DNA of 64,000 nucleotides, from contig JAEOTA010000086.1 in assembly GCA_016840085.1 (NCBI GenBank), positions 64,001 to 128,000 on the forward strand, given 5' to 3'. Within the stretch, counting starts at the first letter, position 1. Each line of letters starts with the position of its first letter. Made by a program: the position numbers and the translations under genes. This document shows, in pieces, positions 19,602 through 30,527 of the stretch. This stretch comes from Promethearchaeota archaeon (lineage in GTDB: Archaea; Asgardarchaeota; Lokiarchaeia; Sigyniarchaeales; SOKP01). The notes below the pieces were generated by a model. The model made no database searches. It was not told the DNA's origin and was given only the letters and a program-made list of their open reading frames with translations.

Positions 19602-21236
19602 ATGAGTATTTTAGAAAAAGAAAAAGCTGAGAAAGTCGAAAGAATATCAAGAGAAGTAATAGAATATTTAATAAAAAATCCTGAAACTTTACGTGAAAAA
19701 ATAACTAATATTAAAGGAAGAATAAGTAAGAAATATTTCTACGATAAAGTTATTAAAAATGCAACAATCTTAGATTATGCGTTAGAAGAAGAAAAGCAAG
19801 TAATACTCCATATTCTTAAAAGAAGAATCACCAGAACTTTATCTGGGGTTTCTGTGATTGCTATAATGACTAAATCCCTTCCATGTCCAGGTACGTGTAT
19901 ATATTGTCCGGGAAAAAACTCTCAACCCGGCGAAAAAGTTGCACAATCCTACACTGGTCGAGAACCTGCGGCTATGAGATCTATTCACTGTGATTATGAT
20001 CCTTATTTACAAGTTCAGAGTAGAATCAAGGATTTAGAAGCAATAGGACATAAAGTAGATAAAATTGAATTGATCATCATGGGAGGTACATTCTTATCTA
20101 CAGATCCAAGATATCAGGAAGAATTCATTAAAGGGGCTTTAGAGGGTATTATTGAACAACGAGTAAACAATTTAAAAGAAGCAAAGAAACTTGCTGAAAA
20201 ATCTAAGAGGAGAGTTATTGGTATAACAATAGAAACAAGACCAGACTACTGTAAGGAAGAAAATGTGGATCAAATGTTAAATTATGGGACAACTCGTGTA
20301 GAAATTGGAATCCAGACGCTTTATGATGAGATCTATGAGTTGGTGAAAAGGGGGCATTCTACTTTTGACAGCAAGGAAGCAATAAGAATTGCTAAAGATG
20401 CTGGATTAAAAGTCAATGCTCATATGATGCCAAATTTACCTGGATCTAATATTACAAAAGATTTGGAAATGTTTAAGTTATTATACTCCAATCCGGAATA
20501 TCGTCCAGACATGTTAAAGATCTATCCTACTATTGTTGTAAAAGGGACTGAACTATTTGATTGGTGGAAAAAAGGAAATTATAAACCCTATTCTGAGGAA
20601 GAACTTATTAATTTAATAGCGCATGTGAAACTACATATTCCTCCATATGTAAGAATTCAAAGGATCATGAGAGATATACCAGCATATTTAATAGAAGCAG
20701 GATGCAAAAAAAGTAATTTAAGACAACTAGTTCAAGAAAAATTAGCGCATTTAAAGGGTAAATGCAATTGTATAAGATGCCGCGAATTTGGCTTAAGTAA
20801 AAAATTAGATTTGGGTAATGAGCAATTAATTGAAGATGTTAATTTATTTCGTTTAGATTATGATGCATCCCTAGGAAAAGAAATATTTTTGTCTTATGAG
20901 AATAGGAAAGAGAATTATTTAATAGGGTATTTACGCTTAAGAAAACCTTCTGAATTTGCTCATAGACCCGAACTAAATGATGGAAAAACATTAATCGTAA
21001 GGGAAATCAAGGTAGTTGGAGAAATGGTCCCAAAAGACTTGAAACCCAAACGTTTCATTCAAATTCAACATAGAGGATATGGAAAATTATTAATGGAAAA
21101 TGCTGAAAAAATCTCATTTGAAGAATTCGGAGCTAAAAAACTAGCAGTTATAAGTGGTTTCGGAGCAAGAGATTGGTTCTATGAAATTGGATATAAATTA
21201 GATGGTGTTTATGTCTCCAAAACCCTAAATCGTTGA
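19602..21236 (+). CDS. elp3: tRNA U34 carboxymethyltransferase Elp3 (radical SAM + GNAT)
   Basis: CPGTCIYCP, MGGTF, ETRPD, RGH, KIYPT, QHRGYG. Confidence 0.96.
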   Translation: MSILEKEKAEKVERISREVIEYLIKNPETLREKITNIKGRISKKYFYDKVIKNATILDYALEEEKQVILHILKRRITRTLSGVSVIAIMTKSLPCPGTCIYCPGKNSQPGEKVAQSYTGREPAAMRSIHCDYDPYLQVQSRIKDLEAIGHKVDKIELIIMGGTFLSTDPRYQEEFIKGALEGIIEQRVNNLKEAKKLAEKSKRRVIGITIETRPDYCKEENVDQMLNYGTTRVEIGIQTLYDEIYELVKRGHSTFDSKEAIRIAKDAGLKVNAHMMPNLPGSNITKDLEMFKLLYSNPEYRPDMLKIYPTIVVKGTELFDWWKKGNYKPYSEEELINLIAHVKLHIPPYVRIQRIMRDIPAYLIEAGCKKSNLRQLVQEKLAHLKGKCNCIRCREFGLSKKLDLGNEQLIEDVNLFRLDYDASLGKEIFLSYENRKENYLIGYLRLRKPSEFAHRPELNDGKTLIVREIKVVGEMVPKDLKPKRFIQIQHRGYGKLLMENAEKISFEEFGAKKLAVISGFGARDWFYEIGYKLDGVYVSKTLNR

Positions 21237-21323
21237 GATTTACTCATATTTAAAAAAATTTATCTTATTATGGTGTTTTATATAATATTAGTATATATAT
21301 TTGTCAAAAATCTTGAATAATGA

Positions 21324-21671
21324 TTGAGAATGGCTTCAGATAGACCTTTATCAAAAAAGAAAATAACCCAACAGACAATTTCTATTTCCCCCGCATTGAA
21401 AGATCGAATCGAGCAATATGTAATTGAAAATCATAAAAAATATCCTAATGATAATGGGTTTAAAAACATTTCTGCTTTTTATAATTATGTTATGGAGAAA
21501 ACTATGGATTGTTTTGAACAGGGCAAAACAATTGATGACTTTGAAGCTTTTGTAGATAGTGAAATTAAGGAGTTTTTCGAAAAAAACACTGAACAAGAGC
21601 AAATGTTAATAGAATATCTTTCACAACAAGCAGAAATTACTCAAAACAACGGTATTTTTTATTTAAACTAA
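21324..21671 (+). CDS. hypothetical protein with RHH-like N-terminus, possibly a truncated remnant
   Basis: TISISPALKDRIEQYV...NISAFYNYVM; short, with an abrupt composition change near the end. Confidence 0.45.
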   Translation: MRMASDRPLSKKKITQQTISISPALKDRIEQYVIENHKKYPNDNGFKNISAFYNYVMEKTMDCFEQGKTIDDFEAFVDSEIKEFFEKNTEQEQMLIEYLSQQAEITQNNGIFYLN

Positions 21672-21926
21672 CTCATTTTAGTCAATTTCTTACTTAAATT
21701 TTCAAATTACAAAATGTTTTAACATTTCCAAAAGCAGTTCAGGATGATATTGTTGCGAGGCATTGTTATGCAAATGTATGAAATGAATTATGAATTAGTC
21801 CTTGCTGTTAACTATTTAAAATAACCTATATTAAAATATCCTAAATCTTTTTTGAAAATTAATATAAGATTTATTACTTCAATCTTTATAGTATTTGACT
21901 AAAATTTAAAAGAAAATTCGATTAAT

Positions 21927-23846
21927 ATGAACGAATTTGATTATGAAAAATTAGGTCTTAAATGCGGCTTAGAGATTCATCAACAGCTTGATACAGAGAA
22001 AAAATTATTCTGTAGATGTCCTGCTAAACTTCAAGGGACTCGAGAGCCAGACTTTACTATAAATCGAAGAATGCGTCCTGTTTTGGGTGAGCTAGGTGTT
22101 TACGATAAAGCGATGCTTACAGAATACGAAAAAGGAATGGGAATTACCTATGAAGGCTATAATGATGTGGTTTGTACTTATGAATTGGATGATACACCAC
22201 CTTTTTCCTGTAGCAAAGAAGCCAGAAGAATAGCCCTACAAATTGCGATGCTCGTTAATGCTAATATTATCGAAGAAATGCATGTTTGTAGAAAAAATTA
22301 CTTAGATGGAAGCGTCCCATGCGGTTTTCAGCGCACGATGATACTTGGGACAGATGGCTTCATTATGTTAGAAAATGGTAAGAAGATTCGAATAGATATA
22401 TTGAGTTTAGAGGAAGAAGCTGCAAGAAAAATTAAAACCGAAAATAAAATAAACTATTTTCGACTAGACCGCTTAGGAATTCCATTAGTGGAAGTTACAA
22501 CTAAACCAGATATTAGCACTCCAATTGAATGCCAAGAGTGTGCAGAAAGAATAGGTTTGTTATTATGGTCAACTAAAGTAAAGAAGGTGCTTGGCTCGAT
22601 TCGACAAGACGTTAATGTAAGCATAGAGACGGGGACACGAATTGAAATAAAAGGTGTGCAAAAATTAAGCTGGATTCCAATCTTAATCAATCATGAAGTT
22701 TCACGACAATTAAAACTCCTCGAAATAAAAGAAGAGCTTGAGAAGAAAAAATTGGACGAAAAAAACGTACAGGAGAACTTTATAGATTTATCTGGAGTTT
22801 TAGCAAAAACTGATTCTAAATTTATAGCTAAAGGTATTAAATCTGGAAAAAAATTATTTGGGATTAATTTTAGTGGATTTAAGGGTATTTTTGGAAAAGA
22901 GTTAATGGAAGATTATAGATTTGGCACGGAAGTTAGTAGTAAAGTAAAAGTTATATCTGGATTAAAAGGAATAATTCACTCTGATGAAGACTTAAATAAT
23001 TACAATTTTTCAAATGAAGATATCAAGAAAATCAAAGAAAAACTAACATCCAAAGAAGATGATTGTTTTGTTTTAGTTTTAGGTTCTAAGAAAGAAGTGG
23101 ATAAAGCGTTGAAAGTAATTATTAATCGTGTAAAGTTTGCGTTCAAAGGAGTTCCTCCTGAAACCAGAAGAGCCCTTGAAACGGGAAATACAGAATTCCT
23201 AAGAGAGCTTCACGGGGGTGCAAGGTTATATCCTGATACGGATACAGAAGCTATATTTAACTCAGAAGAAGAAATTAATGAAATAACAAAGAATTTACCT
23301 GAATATCCTTGGATAACTATAAAACAATATTCTAAGAAATACAAAACAGAAGAAAGATTGATAAAAGATCTTATTTTTACAGGAAAACTCAAGTTATTTG
23401 ATGATTTAATAGAATTTTATCCTGATAATCCCTCTTTAGTTTTCACAACTCTATTAGAAACCACAACTGCCCTTAGAAGAGAAGGGAAAAATATGGAAAA
23501 CATAACTGACAATGATTTTCTTGAAATTTTTGCTCTATTAAAAAAAAAGGAAATTAGTAAAGAAGCAATTGAAGAAGTGATGAGCCTTAAAGCAGACTCT
23601 CCAGAGCTCTCGATTGCTCAGATCAGGAAGAAATTAAAAATTGAGAGTATTTCATTAGAGGATCTAAAAAATCTAATAGCTGAGATTGTAAATAAAAACT
23701 TTAAAATGATAAAAGAAAAAGAATTGAGAGCAAAAGGACCATTAATGGGAGAAGTAATGAAAAAAGTCCGAGGAAAAATAGATGGTGCCATTGTTTCTAA
23801 GGAACTAGAAAGAATAATCAAAGAAAAATTAAAGGAGTTGAAATAG
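21927..23846 (+). CDS. gatE: Glu-tRNA(Gln) amidotransferase subunit E
   Basis: GLKCGLEIHQQL, GFQRT, RLDRLGIPLVE, IRQDVNVSI, GVPPETR, RLYPDTD. Confidence 0.96.
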   Translation: MNEFDYEKLGLKCGLEIHQQLDTEKKLFCRCPAKLQGTREPDFTINRRMRPVLGELGVYDKAMLTEYEKGMGITYEGYNDVVCTYELDDTPPFSCSKEARRIALQIAMLVNANIIEEMHVCRKNYLDGSVPCGFQRTMILGTDGFIMLENGKKIRIDILSLEEEAARKIKTENKINYFRLDRLGIPLVEVTTKPDISTPIECQECAERIGLLLWSTKVKKVLGSIRQDVNVSIETGTRIEIKGVQKLSWIPILINHEVSRQLKLLEIKEELEKKKLDEKNVQENFIDLSGVLAKTDSKFIAKGIKSGKKLFGINFSGFKGIFGKELMEDYRFGTEVSSKVKVISGLKGIIHSDEDLNNYNFSNEDIKKIKEKLTSKEDDCFVLVLGSKKEVDKALKVIINRVKFAFKGVPPETRRALETGNTEFLRELHGGARLYPDTDTEAIFNSEEEINEITKNLPEYPWITIKQYSKKYKTEERLIKDLIFTGKLKLFDDLIEFYPDNPSLVFTTLLETTTALRREGKNMENITDNDFLEIFALLKKKEISKEAIEEVMSLKADSPELSIAQIRKKLKIESISLEDLKNLIAEIVNKNFKMIKEKELRAKGPLMGEVMKKVRGKIDGAIVSKELERIIKEKLKELK

Positions 23847-25205
23847 TTGAGTGAAAATTTAAAAGGTTATAAGGCAGAAGGAAAAAAACTTTTAGAAAAG
23901 AATAAAATAGAAATTTGGGATATAGTTCAAATTAAAACTACAAAAACCAATTATGAAGGAATTATTTTACCTAGAAGTGAGTATTCCGCACCCAATTTCA
24001 TTAACCTTAAGCTAAGTAATAATTACAATATTGGTATAAAAGTTTTTGAGATCCAAGAAATTAAAAAAATTGGAAAAAGAGAGGTTTCCTATAAAATTCC
24101 AGAGAAAGAATTTCCGAAAAATAAAAAACTTCCGAATGTCATACTATTAGGTACAGGTGGAACAGTTGCTTCAAGATTAGATTATACTACTGGAGCAGTA
24201 ATACCCTCTTTTACTCCAGGAGAATTATTTAGTGCAGTTCCAGAATTAGCAGAAATATGCAATCTTGAATGCGAAATGGTTTTTGAAATTCTATCAGAAA
24301 ATATGAAATATGAATACTGGCAAAAATTAGCTAAGAAAATTGAAGAAGCAGCAAACTCTGGGATTGATGGCATAATGATAGGGCATGGAACGGATACGAT
24401 GTCTTTTACCAGTGCTGCTTTATCATTCATGTTAAGGGGCCTAACTATCCCCGTAGTGTTGGTTGGAAGTCAAAGAAGCTCTGATAGACCCTCATCTGAC
24501 GCTGCTGTAAATTTAATAAATGCCGCTGTCGTTGCTGGTTCGAATATCGCCGAGGTGGTTGTATCAATGCTAGGTTCTACGTCACATGATTATGGATTAA
24601 TCCATAGAGGAACTTTAGTAAGAAAAATGCATTCTTCTATTAGAGACACATTTCGAACAATTGATAATATCCCTCTTGGGATGGTAAGGAATAGAGAAAT
24701 TAAAATGTTTACCCAAGATTATAGAAGAAGATTAAAATTAAAAACCACAGCCTTGACTGACTTTGAAAAGAAAGTCGCCCTTATTTATTCATATCCTGAA
24801 ATTGATAATGAGTTAATTGATTTCTATATCGATAAAGGATATAAAGGGATCGTTTTTGCTGGAACTGGATTAGGACATCTACCGACTACACTCTACAACT
24901 CGATAGAAAGAGCTGTACAAGAGAAAATGACAATTCTCATGACTACCCAAACACTTCATGGGTTTGTTGGTATGAACGTGTATTCAACAGGACGAGAATT
25001 GCTAAACCTGGGTGTTATTCCTGGTAGAAACCTATTACCAGAGGTTGGATATGTTAAATTAGGGTGGGTTTTAGGACAAACTAGTGATCCTGAAGAAATT
25101 AAAAAATTATTGCTCCAAAATATCGCAGGTGAATTTATAGACAGAGAATTACCAATTGCATTCAATTATAATATAGATGAACTTCTAAAGAACAATAAAC
25201 TCTAA
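23847..25205 (+). CDS. gatD: Glu-tRNA(Gln) amidotransferase subunit D
   Basis: GTGGTVASRLDY, HGTDTM, GSQRSSDRPSSD, RKMHS. Confidence 0.96.
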   Translation: MSENLKGYKAEGKKLLEKNKIEIWDIVQIKTTKTNYEGIILPRSEYSAPNFINLKLSNNYNIGIKVFEIQEIKKIGKREVSYKIPEKEFPKNKKLPNVILLGTGGTVASRLDYTTGAVIPSFTPGELFSAVPELAEICNLECEMVFEILSENMKYEYWQKLAKKIEEAANSGIDGIMIGHGTDTMSFTSAALSFMLRGLTIPVVLVGSQRSSDRPSSDAAVNLINAAVVAGSNIAEVVVSMLGSTSHDYGLIHRGTLVRKMHSSIRDTFRTIDNIPLGMVRNREIKMFTQDYRRRLKLKTTALTDFEKKVALIYSYPEIDNELIDFYIDKGYKGIVFAGTGLGHLPTTLYNSIERAVQEKMTILMTTQTLHGFVGMNVYSTGRELLNLGVIPGRNLLPEVGYVKLGWVLGQTSDPEEIKKLLLQNIAGEFIDRELPIAFNYNIDELLKNNKL

Positions 25206-25297
25206 CCCTACATCTTTCATAACTTTATTAGGAGAAAAGAATTTAATATAAAATTTTGAAAAAGTAATATAAACCAGAATAACTTATTTTCCTTTCA

Positions 25298-26584
25298 ATG
25301 AAAATTAAACAAATTAATCCTGCAGTTTTTAAAAAACTATCACTTGAATTTCAGAGTTATATAGATGATAATAAAACTGGTTGCGTTCTTTGTGCAATTT
25401 ATCATCGAGATAAACTCGTATACTGTAATAAATTTGGTTGGAAAGATAAAGAAAATCAGATTCCAATTGCTTTTGACGATATCTTCCGAATATATTCGAT
25501 GACTAAACCAATTACTTGTTTGGCTGCATTAATTCTTCACGAACAGGGGAAATATGATTTAGATGATCCGCTTGAGAAATATCTTCCTGAGTTCAAAAAT
25601 TTTAAGATATTAAAATCTTATGATGATAAAACTGGTGAAACTGAATTAGAAGAAAGTAAGAACCCAATAACCATCAAACAGCTTTTTACTCATACATCTG
25701 GACTTAGTTATGGTGATGATCCCGAAGAAATCCCAGTTGACAAGCTATATGGAGAGAAATTTGGCTTTACTGGTGAAAATAGGCTTAAAACAAAACTAGA
25801 GATGTTCCCCATAATGCCACCGTTAGATGAATTTAGTAAGCGTTTAGCGACTCTCCCCCTTGCTTTCGCACCAGGAAGAAATTGGTGGTATGCTTTCAAT
25901 CATGAAATCTTGGGTTTCCTAATTGAAATTCTTTCAGGAAAAAAATTAGATGTTTTTCTTAAAAAACAGATTTTTGATAAACTAGGTATGAATGATACTG
26001 ATTTTTACGTTCCTAAGGAAAAATGGACGCGATTAACAAAAGTATACACAAAGAATCAAGACGACAAATTAATCGAAGTAGAAGGGGCTATTTATGAAGG
26101 ATTCAAACATAAAATCCAGTACTTGTCAGGCGGGGGAGGATTGGTATCCACATTAGAAGATTACATGAAATTTTGTCTAATGATGCTAAATGGAGGAAGA
26201 TATAAAGATAACCAAATTGTATCTAAGGAAACAATAGAATTGATGACGTCCAATCAATTACCGAATAATAATACTTTTCTGGATATGCAGTATATTAAAT
26301 ATGAAGATTCTGAATCAATAAAAAGAAACGAAGGATATGGGTTTGGATTGGGTGTAATGGTGAAAATAGCAGAAAATATGTCAAGAAGTGGAATTGGAGA
26401 TTATAATTGGGGTGGAGCTTTTAATACATTCTTTGATATAGATCCTACGAATCAAGTAATTTCAATAGTCTTAACACAATATTGTCCAGAAGACAGTGAC
26501 TCGGTTTTTCCAATTGATTGGCTCAGAATAGACAATTTGGTTTACGAAGCGTTAGAAAAAGCCAATACTAAAATCAGAGAATAG
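25298..26584 (+). CDS. beta-lactamase-family serine hydrolase
   Basis: FRIYSMTKP, LFTHTSGL, PLAFAPG..WWY, GGGGLVST, WGGAFNT. Confidence 0.9.
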   Translation: MKIKQINPAVFKKLSLEFQSYIDDNKTGCVLCAIYHRDKLVYCNKFGWKDKENQIPIAFDDIFRIYSMTKPITCLAALILHEQGKYDLDDPLEKYLPEFKNFKILKSYDDKTGETELEESKNPITIKQLFTHTSGLSYGDDPEEIPVDKLYGEKFGFTGENRLKTKLEMFPIMPPLDEFSKRLATLPLAFAPGRNWWYAFNHEILGFLIEILSGKKLDVFLKKQIFDKLGMNDTDFYVPKEKWTRLTKVYTKNQDDKLIEVEGAIYEGFKHKIQYLSGGGGLVSTLEDYMKFCLMMLNGGRYKDNQIVSKETIELMTSNQLPNNNTFLDMQYIKYEDSESIKRNEGYGFGLGVMVKIAENMSRSGIGDYNWGGAFNTFFDIDPTNQVISIVLTQYCPEDSDSVFPIDWLRIDNLVYEALEKANTKIRE

Positions 26585-26825
26585 GAAAAAAAGGTCCAAA
26601 GAGAAAAAGAATAATAAAGGGAGATTTCCAACTCTACACGCGAGGTTTATATAATACAATCCTGATTAGACGTCAAAACAAGCATTACAAGAACAACAAT
26701 TATTTAATAAGATTCATTTAATTATAATCATATCCTTATTTAAATTCTTAAATTTAATTGAAAACAATAAAAAATTTAAAGTTTAAATAATTTAAATTTA
26801 TATCCGGAAAATATCGTGAAAACGT

Positions 26826-27554
26826 ATGGGAAAACGTATACTTGCTCAACGGAAAGGTAGAGGGACATTACCTTTTCGATCACCCTCACATCGACACATT
26901 GGTCAAGTTAAATATCGCCCATTTAGACAGGGGGAAAAATTATTTAAATTTAAAGTTATAGATCTCCTCCATTCTCCAGGAAGAGGCGCTCCAGTAGCTC
27001 AAATTCAATATGATGATGGTGAGAAGAAACTTTGGCTACCCCCAGAAGGAATTTTTGAAGGACAAGAATTTATCCAATCTAAAACGGGATATGGTCAACC
27101 AATAAAAGTTGGAAATATTCTACCATTAAAAAAAATATCTTTAGGAACTCTTGTTTTCAATGTTGAGGCAACACCTCAAGATGGCGGTAAATTCGCACGA
27201 GCCTCTGGCGTTGCTGCTATCGTTAGGAATAAATCTGGCAATAAAGTAGAACTTCTATTCCGATCTAAAAAAACTAAATGGATAAATGAAAAATGTTTAG
27301 CTACTGTAGGCGTTGTAGCTGGAGGGGGCAGAACTGATAAACCATTCCTTAAAGCTGGAAATAAATTTCATTATATAAAATCTAAAGCAAAAAAATGGCC
27401 AATCACTCGCGGTGTAGCTATGAATGCAGTAAGCCATCCTTACGGGGGAGGCGCAAAGCAATCACCTCATAAATCAACAACGACTTCTCGCAATGCTCCT
27501 CCTGGTAGAAAGGTTGGGCAAATAGCTGCAAGGCGAACTGGGCACCAAAATTAA
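26826..27554 (+). CDS. rpl2: 50S ribosomal protein uL2
   Basis: MGKRILAQRKGRG, HSPGRGAP, RGVAMNAVSHPYGGG, PPGRKVG. Confidence 0.98.
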   Translation: MGKRILAQRKGRGTLPFRSPSHRHIGQVKYRPFRQGEKLFKFKVIDLLHSPGRGAPVAQIQYDDGEKKLWLPPEGIFEGQEFIQSKTGYGQPIKVGNILPLKKISLGTLVFNVEATPQDGGKFARASGVAAIVRNKSGNKVELLFRSKKTKWINEKCLATVGVVAGGGRTDKPFLKAGNKFHYIKSKAKKWPITRGVAMNAVSHPYGGGAKQSPHKSTTTSRNAPPGRKVGQIAARRTGHQN

Positions 27555-27712
27555 GCTCTTTCCCTAACTAATCAATTCTTTTCAATTTAGAGATTCATAA
27601 TTTATATATTATTACATAGACTAACTGAATTTTTGATAATTTAAATAAGAAATAAAGAGATTCGCCGCCTCAACCCTTATTTTATGAAAAAAAATGGAAA
27701 AGAAAAACTAAC

Positions 27713-28603
27713 TTAATTTGTTTGAAATTTAAAAGTTAGATTTTGCAAAAATTCTTTATATCTTGAGCGTAAGGTCACCTCTGTAACCCCTATAACTCGT
27801 GATATATCTTTTTGACTTACTTTTTGGTTTTTTAGCTTCGATACTAAATATATTGCTCCTGCACACAACCCTTTTGGATCTTTACCGCAAATAGATGTAT
27901 TTTGAATGAAATTCTTTAATACTTTTATAGCTTCTTTTTCTATATTTATATTTAACCCTAAATCAGCACAATATCGAGGTATTAGTGACACAGGATCTAT
28001 ATGTTGAGATTTTAAATTTAATTCTCTTACCAAGATCTTATAGCACTTCTTTACAATGTTGTCATTAATAGAAGCTTCATCTAAAATCTCTTGAAGTGTT
28101 ATTGGAACCCTTTCTTGTTTGCATACATAATATGCACAAGCTGCTATCATACCATTTATAGATCTACCTCTTAGTAGATTCTTTTTAAATACTTCCTTAT
28201 ATAATCGAACCGCCGATTTCTTAACACGTTCAGGAAAATTTAAATTGCCGCCAATTCGCTTTAACTCCGTAATAGCTATAAGCATGTTTCTCTTTTCCCA
28301 TGATAAATGCGTATTCCACTTCGCTGCTCTCCTTAAATCAGGATTCTTAATCTTAGTTCTGTCAATAATCGTACTTAATCCAATATCAGGCATTAAAATC
28401 GAGATAGGACATCCAGTCCTCTCTTTTTTATCTTTCTCCTGCTTTGAATACGCTCTTATCCCACTATGAGAAATATCGACTTGCTTTTCGTTTAAGACCA
28501 AACCACATTGCTGACAAACGGTCTCCCCTCTCTGTTCGATTGAAAGGGTACCTCCCCCGCATTCTGGACAAAAACTTGTATGATGTGTTATTTCTACAAC
28601 CAT
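27713..28603 (-). CDS. tfb: transcription initiation factor TFB (TFIIB) paralogue
   Basis: Zn ribbon CPECG...CQQCG, LRGRSI, GKDPKGLCAGAIY, VTEVTLRSRYKE. Confidence 0.93.
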   Translation of the reverse strand: MVVEITHHTSFCPECGGGTLSIEQRGETVCQQCGLVLNEKQVDISHSGIRAYSKQEKDKKERTGCPISILMPDIGLSTIIDRTKIKNPDLRRAAKWNTHLSWEKRNMLIAITELKRIGGNLNFPERVKKSAVRLYKEVFKKNLLRGRSINGMIAACAYYVCKQERVPITLQEILDEASINDNIVKKCYKILVRELNLKSQHIDPVSLIPRYCADLGLNINIEKEAIKVLKNFIQNTSICGKDPKGLCAGAIYLVSKLKNQKVSQKDISRVIGVTEVTLRSRYKEFLQNLTFKFQTN

Positions 28604-29335
28604 TAACCCTTACCTTATCCCAAATCTTATATTATGATTCTTGATACACACACAAGAATTCTTTATTTTTATTCAGTTTTTTTACACACAAATTAATCTT
28701 TTTTTTTACATCTAAGATATTTGTGTGGAAAAATTCTGTCAGTTATAACAAAATAGGTGACTCAAGTATATAAATGTTACTTTTTGTATAAAAAAATATC
28801 TAGGTAAAATCCATTTTTTATCCGTTTTTTTTGAAAAATTATTTTTTGTTATAAGTTTTAATGTAAAAAATTATTGATTCTTTATTATTGAAATCATATA
28901 ATATTGGCATTATACTAATTGTTGTAAAAATTCTTAATGAAAACTTAATTTTGTCGAAGTTAGAGTAACATTTAGGTTAAAATAAAATTCACTTCTACAA
29001 AAAAGTCTAAAACTAAAGAGTAACAAACTTTTTTATTTAGTTTTATAAATTCATATTACCTATTTTGTGTACAAAAATCATATTAATTTAGTTATAAGTG
29101 ATTTTTTTGAGCTAAAATATTTTTCTTATGGTCATCCCTCAAAATTTATATAATAAAAAAACGTTAAATAGTAATTCTTTTATTATTTTTTTACAAAAAA
29201 ATTAGATCTAAAATTAGTGGTCAAAAAATTCCCGCACCAAAGAGATCAGAAGAAAAATCAGGGGACACTGAAGAAAACTCAGATGATAAGGATTTAATCA
29301 AAATTGATAATAATTCTATTGAGAAATCGGATGAA

Positions 29336-30175
29336 ATGAAAAGATATGAAAAAGATACGGGGAGATATTCAGTATGGCGAAGTGTGGTGACCGAAGGCTA
29401 TAAAAAATGGCAAAAAGGGGAGAAAATATACCATCGAGACAAAGAACGAATTTCTTTATATGTTTCTGAAGATACTAAAACCAAATGGTTAGATTATACA
29501 AAAAATAATGGCTCTTTGACAATTTCTAAATTAATAAGACAAGCAGTGGAAGCTTTCATTGAAAGTAAATCCATAGAAAGTAATCACATCCTGAAAAAAT
29601 TAACTAAACATACAATTTCTAATATTTCTCATACTCTAAAAGAACCATTGACTTCAATAAAGGGATATTCACAATTACTTCTTGAGAATTATAAAGAAAA
29701 ATTGAATGATCACATATTAGACACTGTTAAAAATATTTTTGAACAGAGTGTTCTTCTAGAGACAAAAATAATCAATATTCTAGATAATATTAAGGTAGAA
29801 TCTGAATATGATTTACTATTAATTGAAGACGATTTAGCAACAATTCGTTTGATTACGAGTTATTTTGACAGTAAAGGATATAAATGTAAGGCCGTTGTAA
29901 GTGGATCTAAAGGTTTAGAAGAATTAGGGCATGCTACTCCTAAATTAATTTTATTGGACATAATTTTACCTGATTTAAGTGGCTATGATATTTGTAAAAC
30001 TATAAAATCAGATAAAGAATGGTCAAATATTCCTTTATATTTCTTAACAGCTATAGCTGGTTCTGAAGTTGAAAAAAATCTTGAAAAAACGAAAGCTAAT
30101 GGTTATATTCTAAAACCATTTAATTTTTCTGATTTTGAAGTTATTTTTGACATTTTGAAGAGTAAGAAAAATTAA
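29336..30175 (+). CDS. RHH-HisKA-receiver regulator, paralogue 1 (start may be ATT 29228)
   Basis: ERISLYVS...TISKLIRQAV; SHTLKEPLTSIKGY; LLIEDD...LLDIILP...KP. Confidence 0.85.
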   Translation: MKRYEKDTGRYSVWRSVVTEGYKKWQKGEKIYHRDKERISLYVSEDTKTKWLDYTKNNGSLTISKLIRQAVEAFIESKSIESNHILKKLTKHTISNISHTLKEPLTSIKGYSQLLLENYKEKLNDHILDTVKNIFEQSVLLETKIINILDNIKVESEYDLLLIEDDLATIRLITSYFDSKGYKCKAVVSGSKGLEELGHATPKLILLDIILPDLSGYDICKTIKSDKEWSNIPLYFLTAIAGSEVEKNLEKTKANGYILKPFNFSDFEVIFDILKSKKN

Positions 30176-30527
30176 TAGATACTTTTTCTTTCAGTAATAT
30201 TCTTATCATTATATAAGTTCTTTTTGCAATAATTTGGACATAATCACGATAACACATTAACTTTATAATAAAAAAGATTTATTAACTGATAAAAAATTAC
30301 CAAATATTGTAAACAAATAATTATTTTTATAAAAAAAAATAGAAATACAATTTGTAGTGTTCAATTTTATAAGAGAGTATACAAAAATAGTATTAGATTT
30401 AATTTGACAAATTTATATATAATCTGAATAAAGCAATAAAAGAGATGGAGAAGAAATTCCGGGTGAAGAAAAAAAAAATAAAACTAAAACCGGGAAAGAT
30501 ATCGAAAATGATGATGATAGACCGAGT

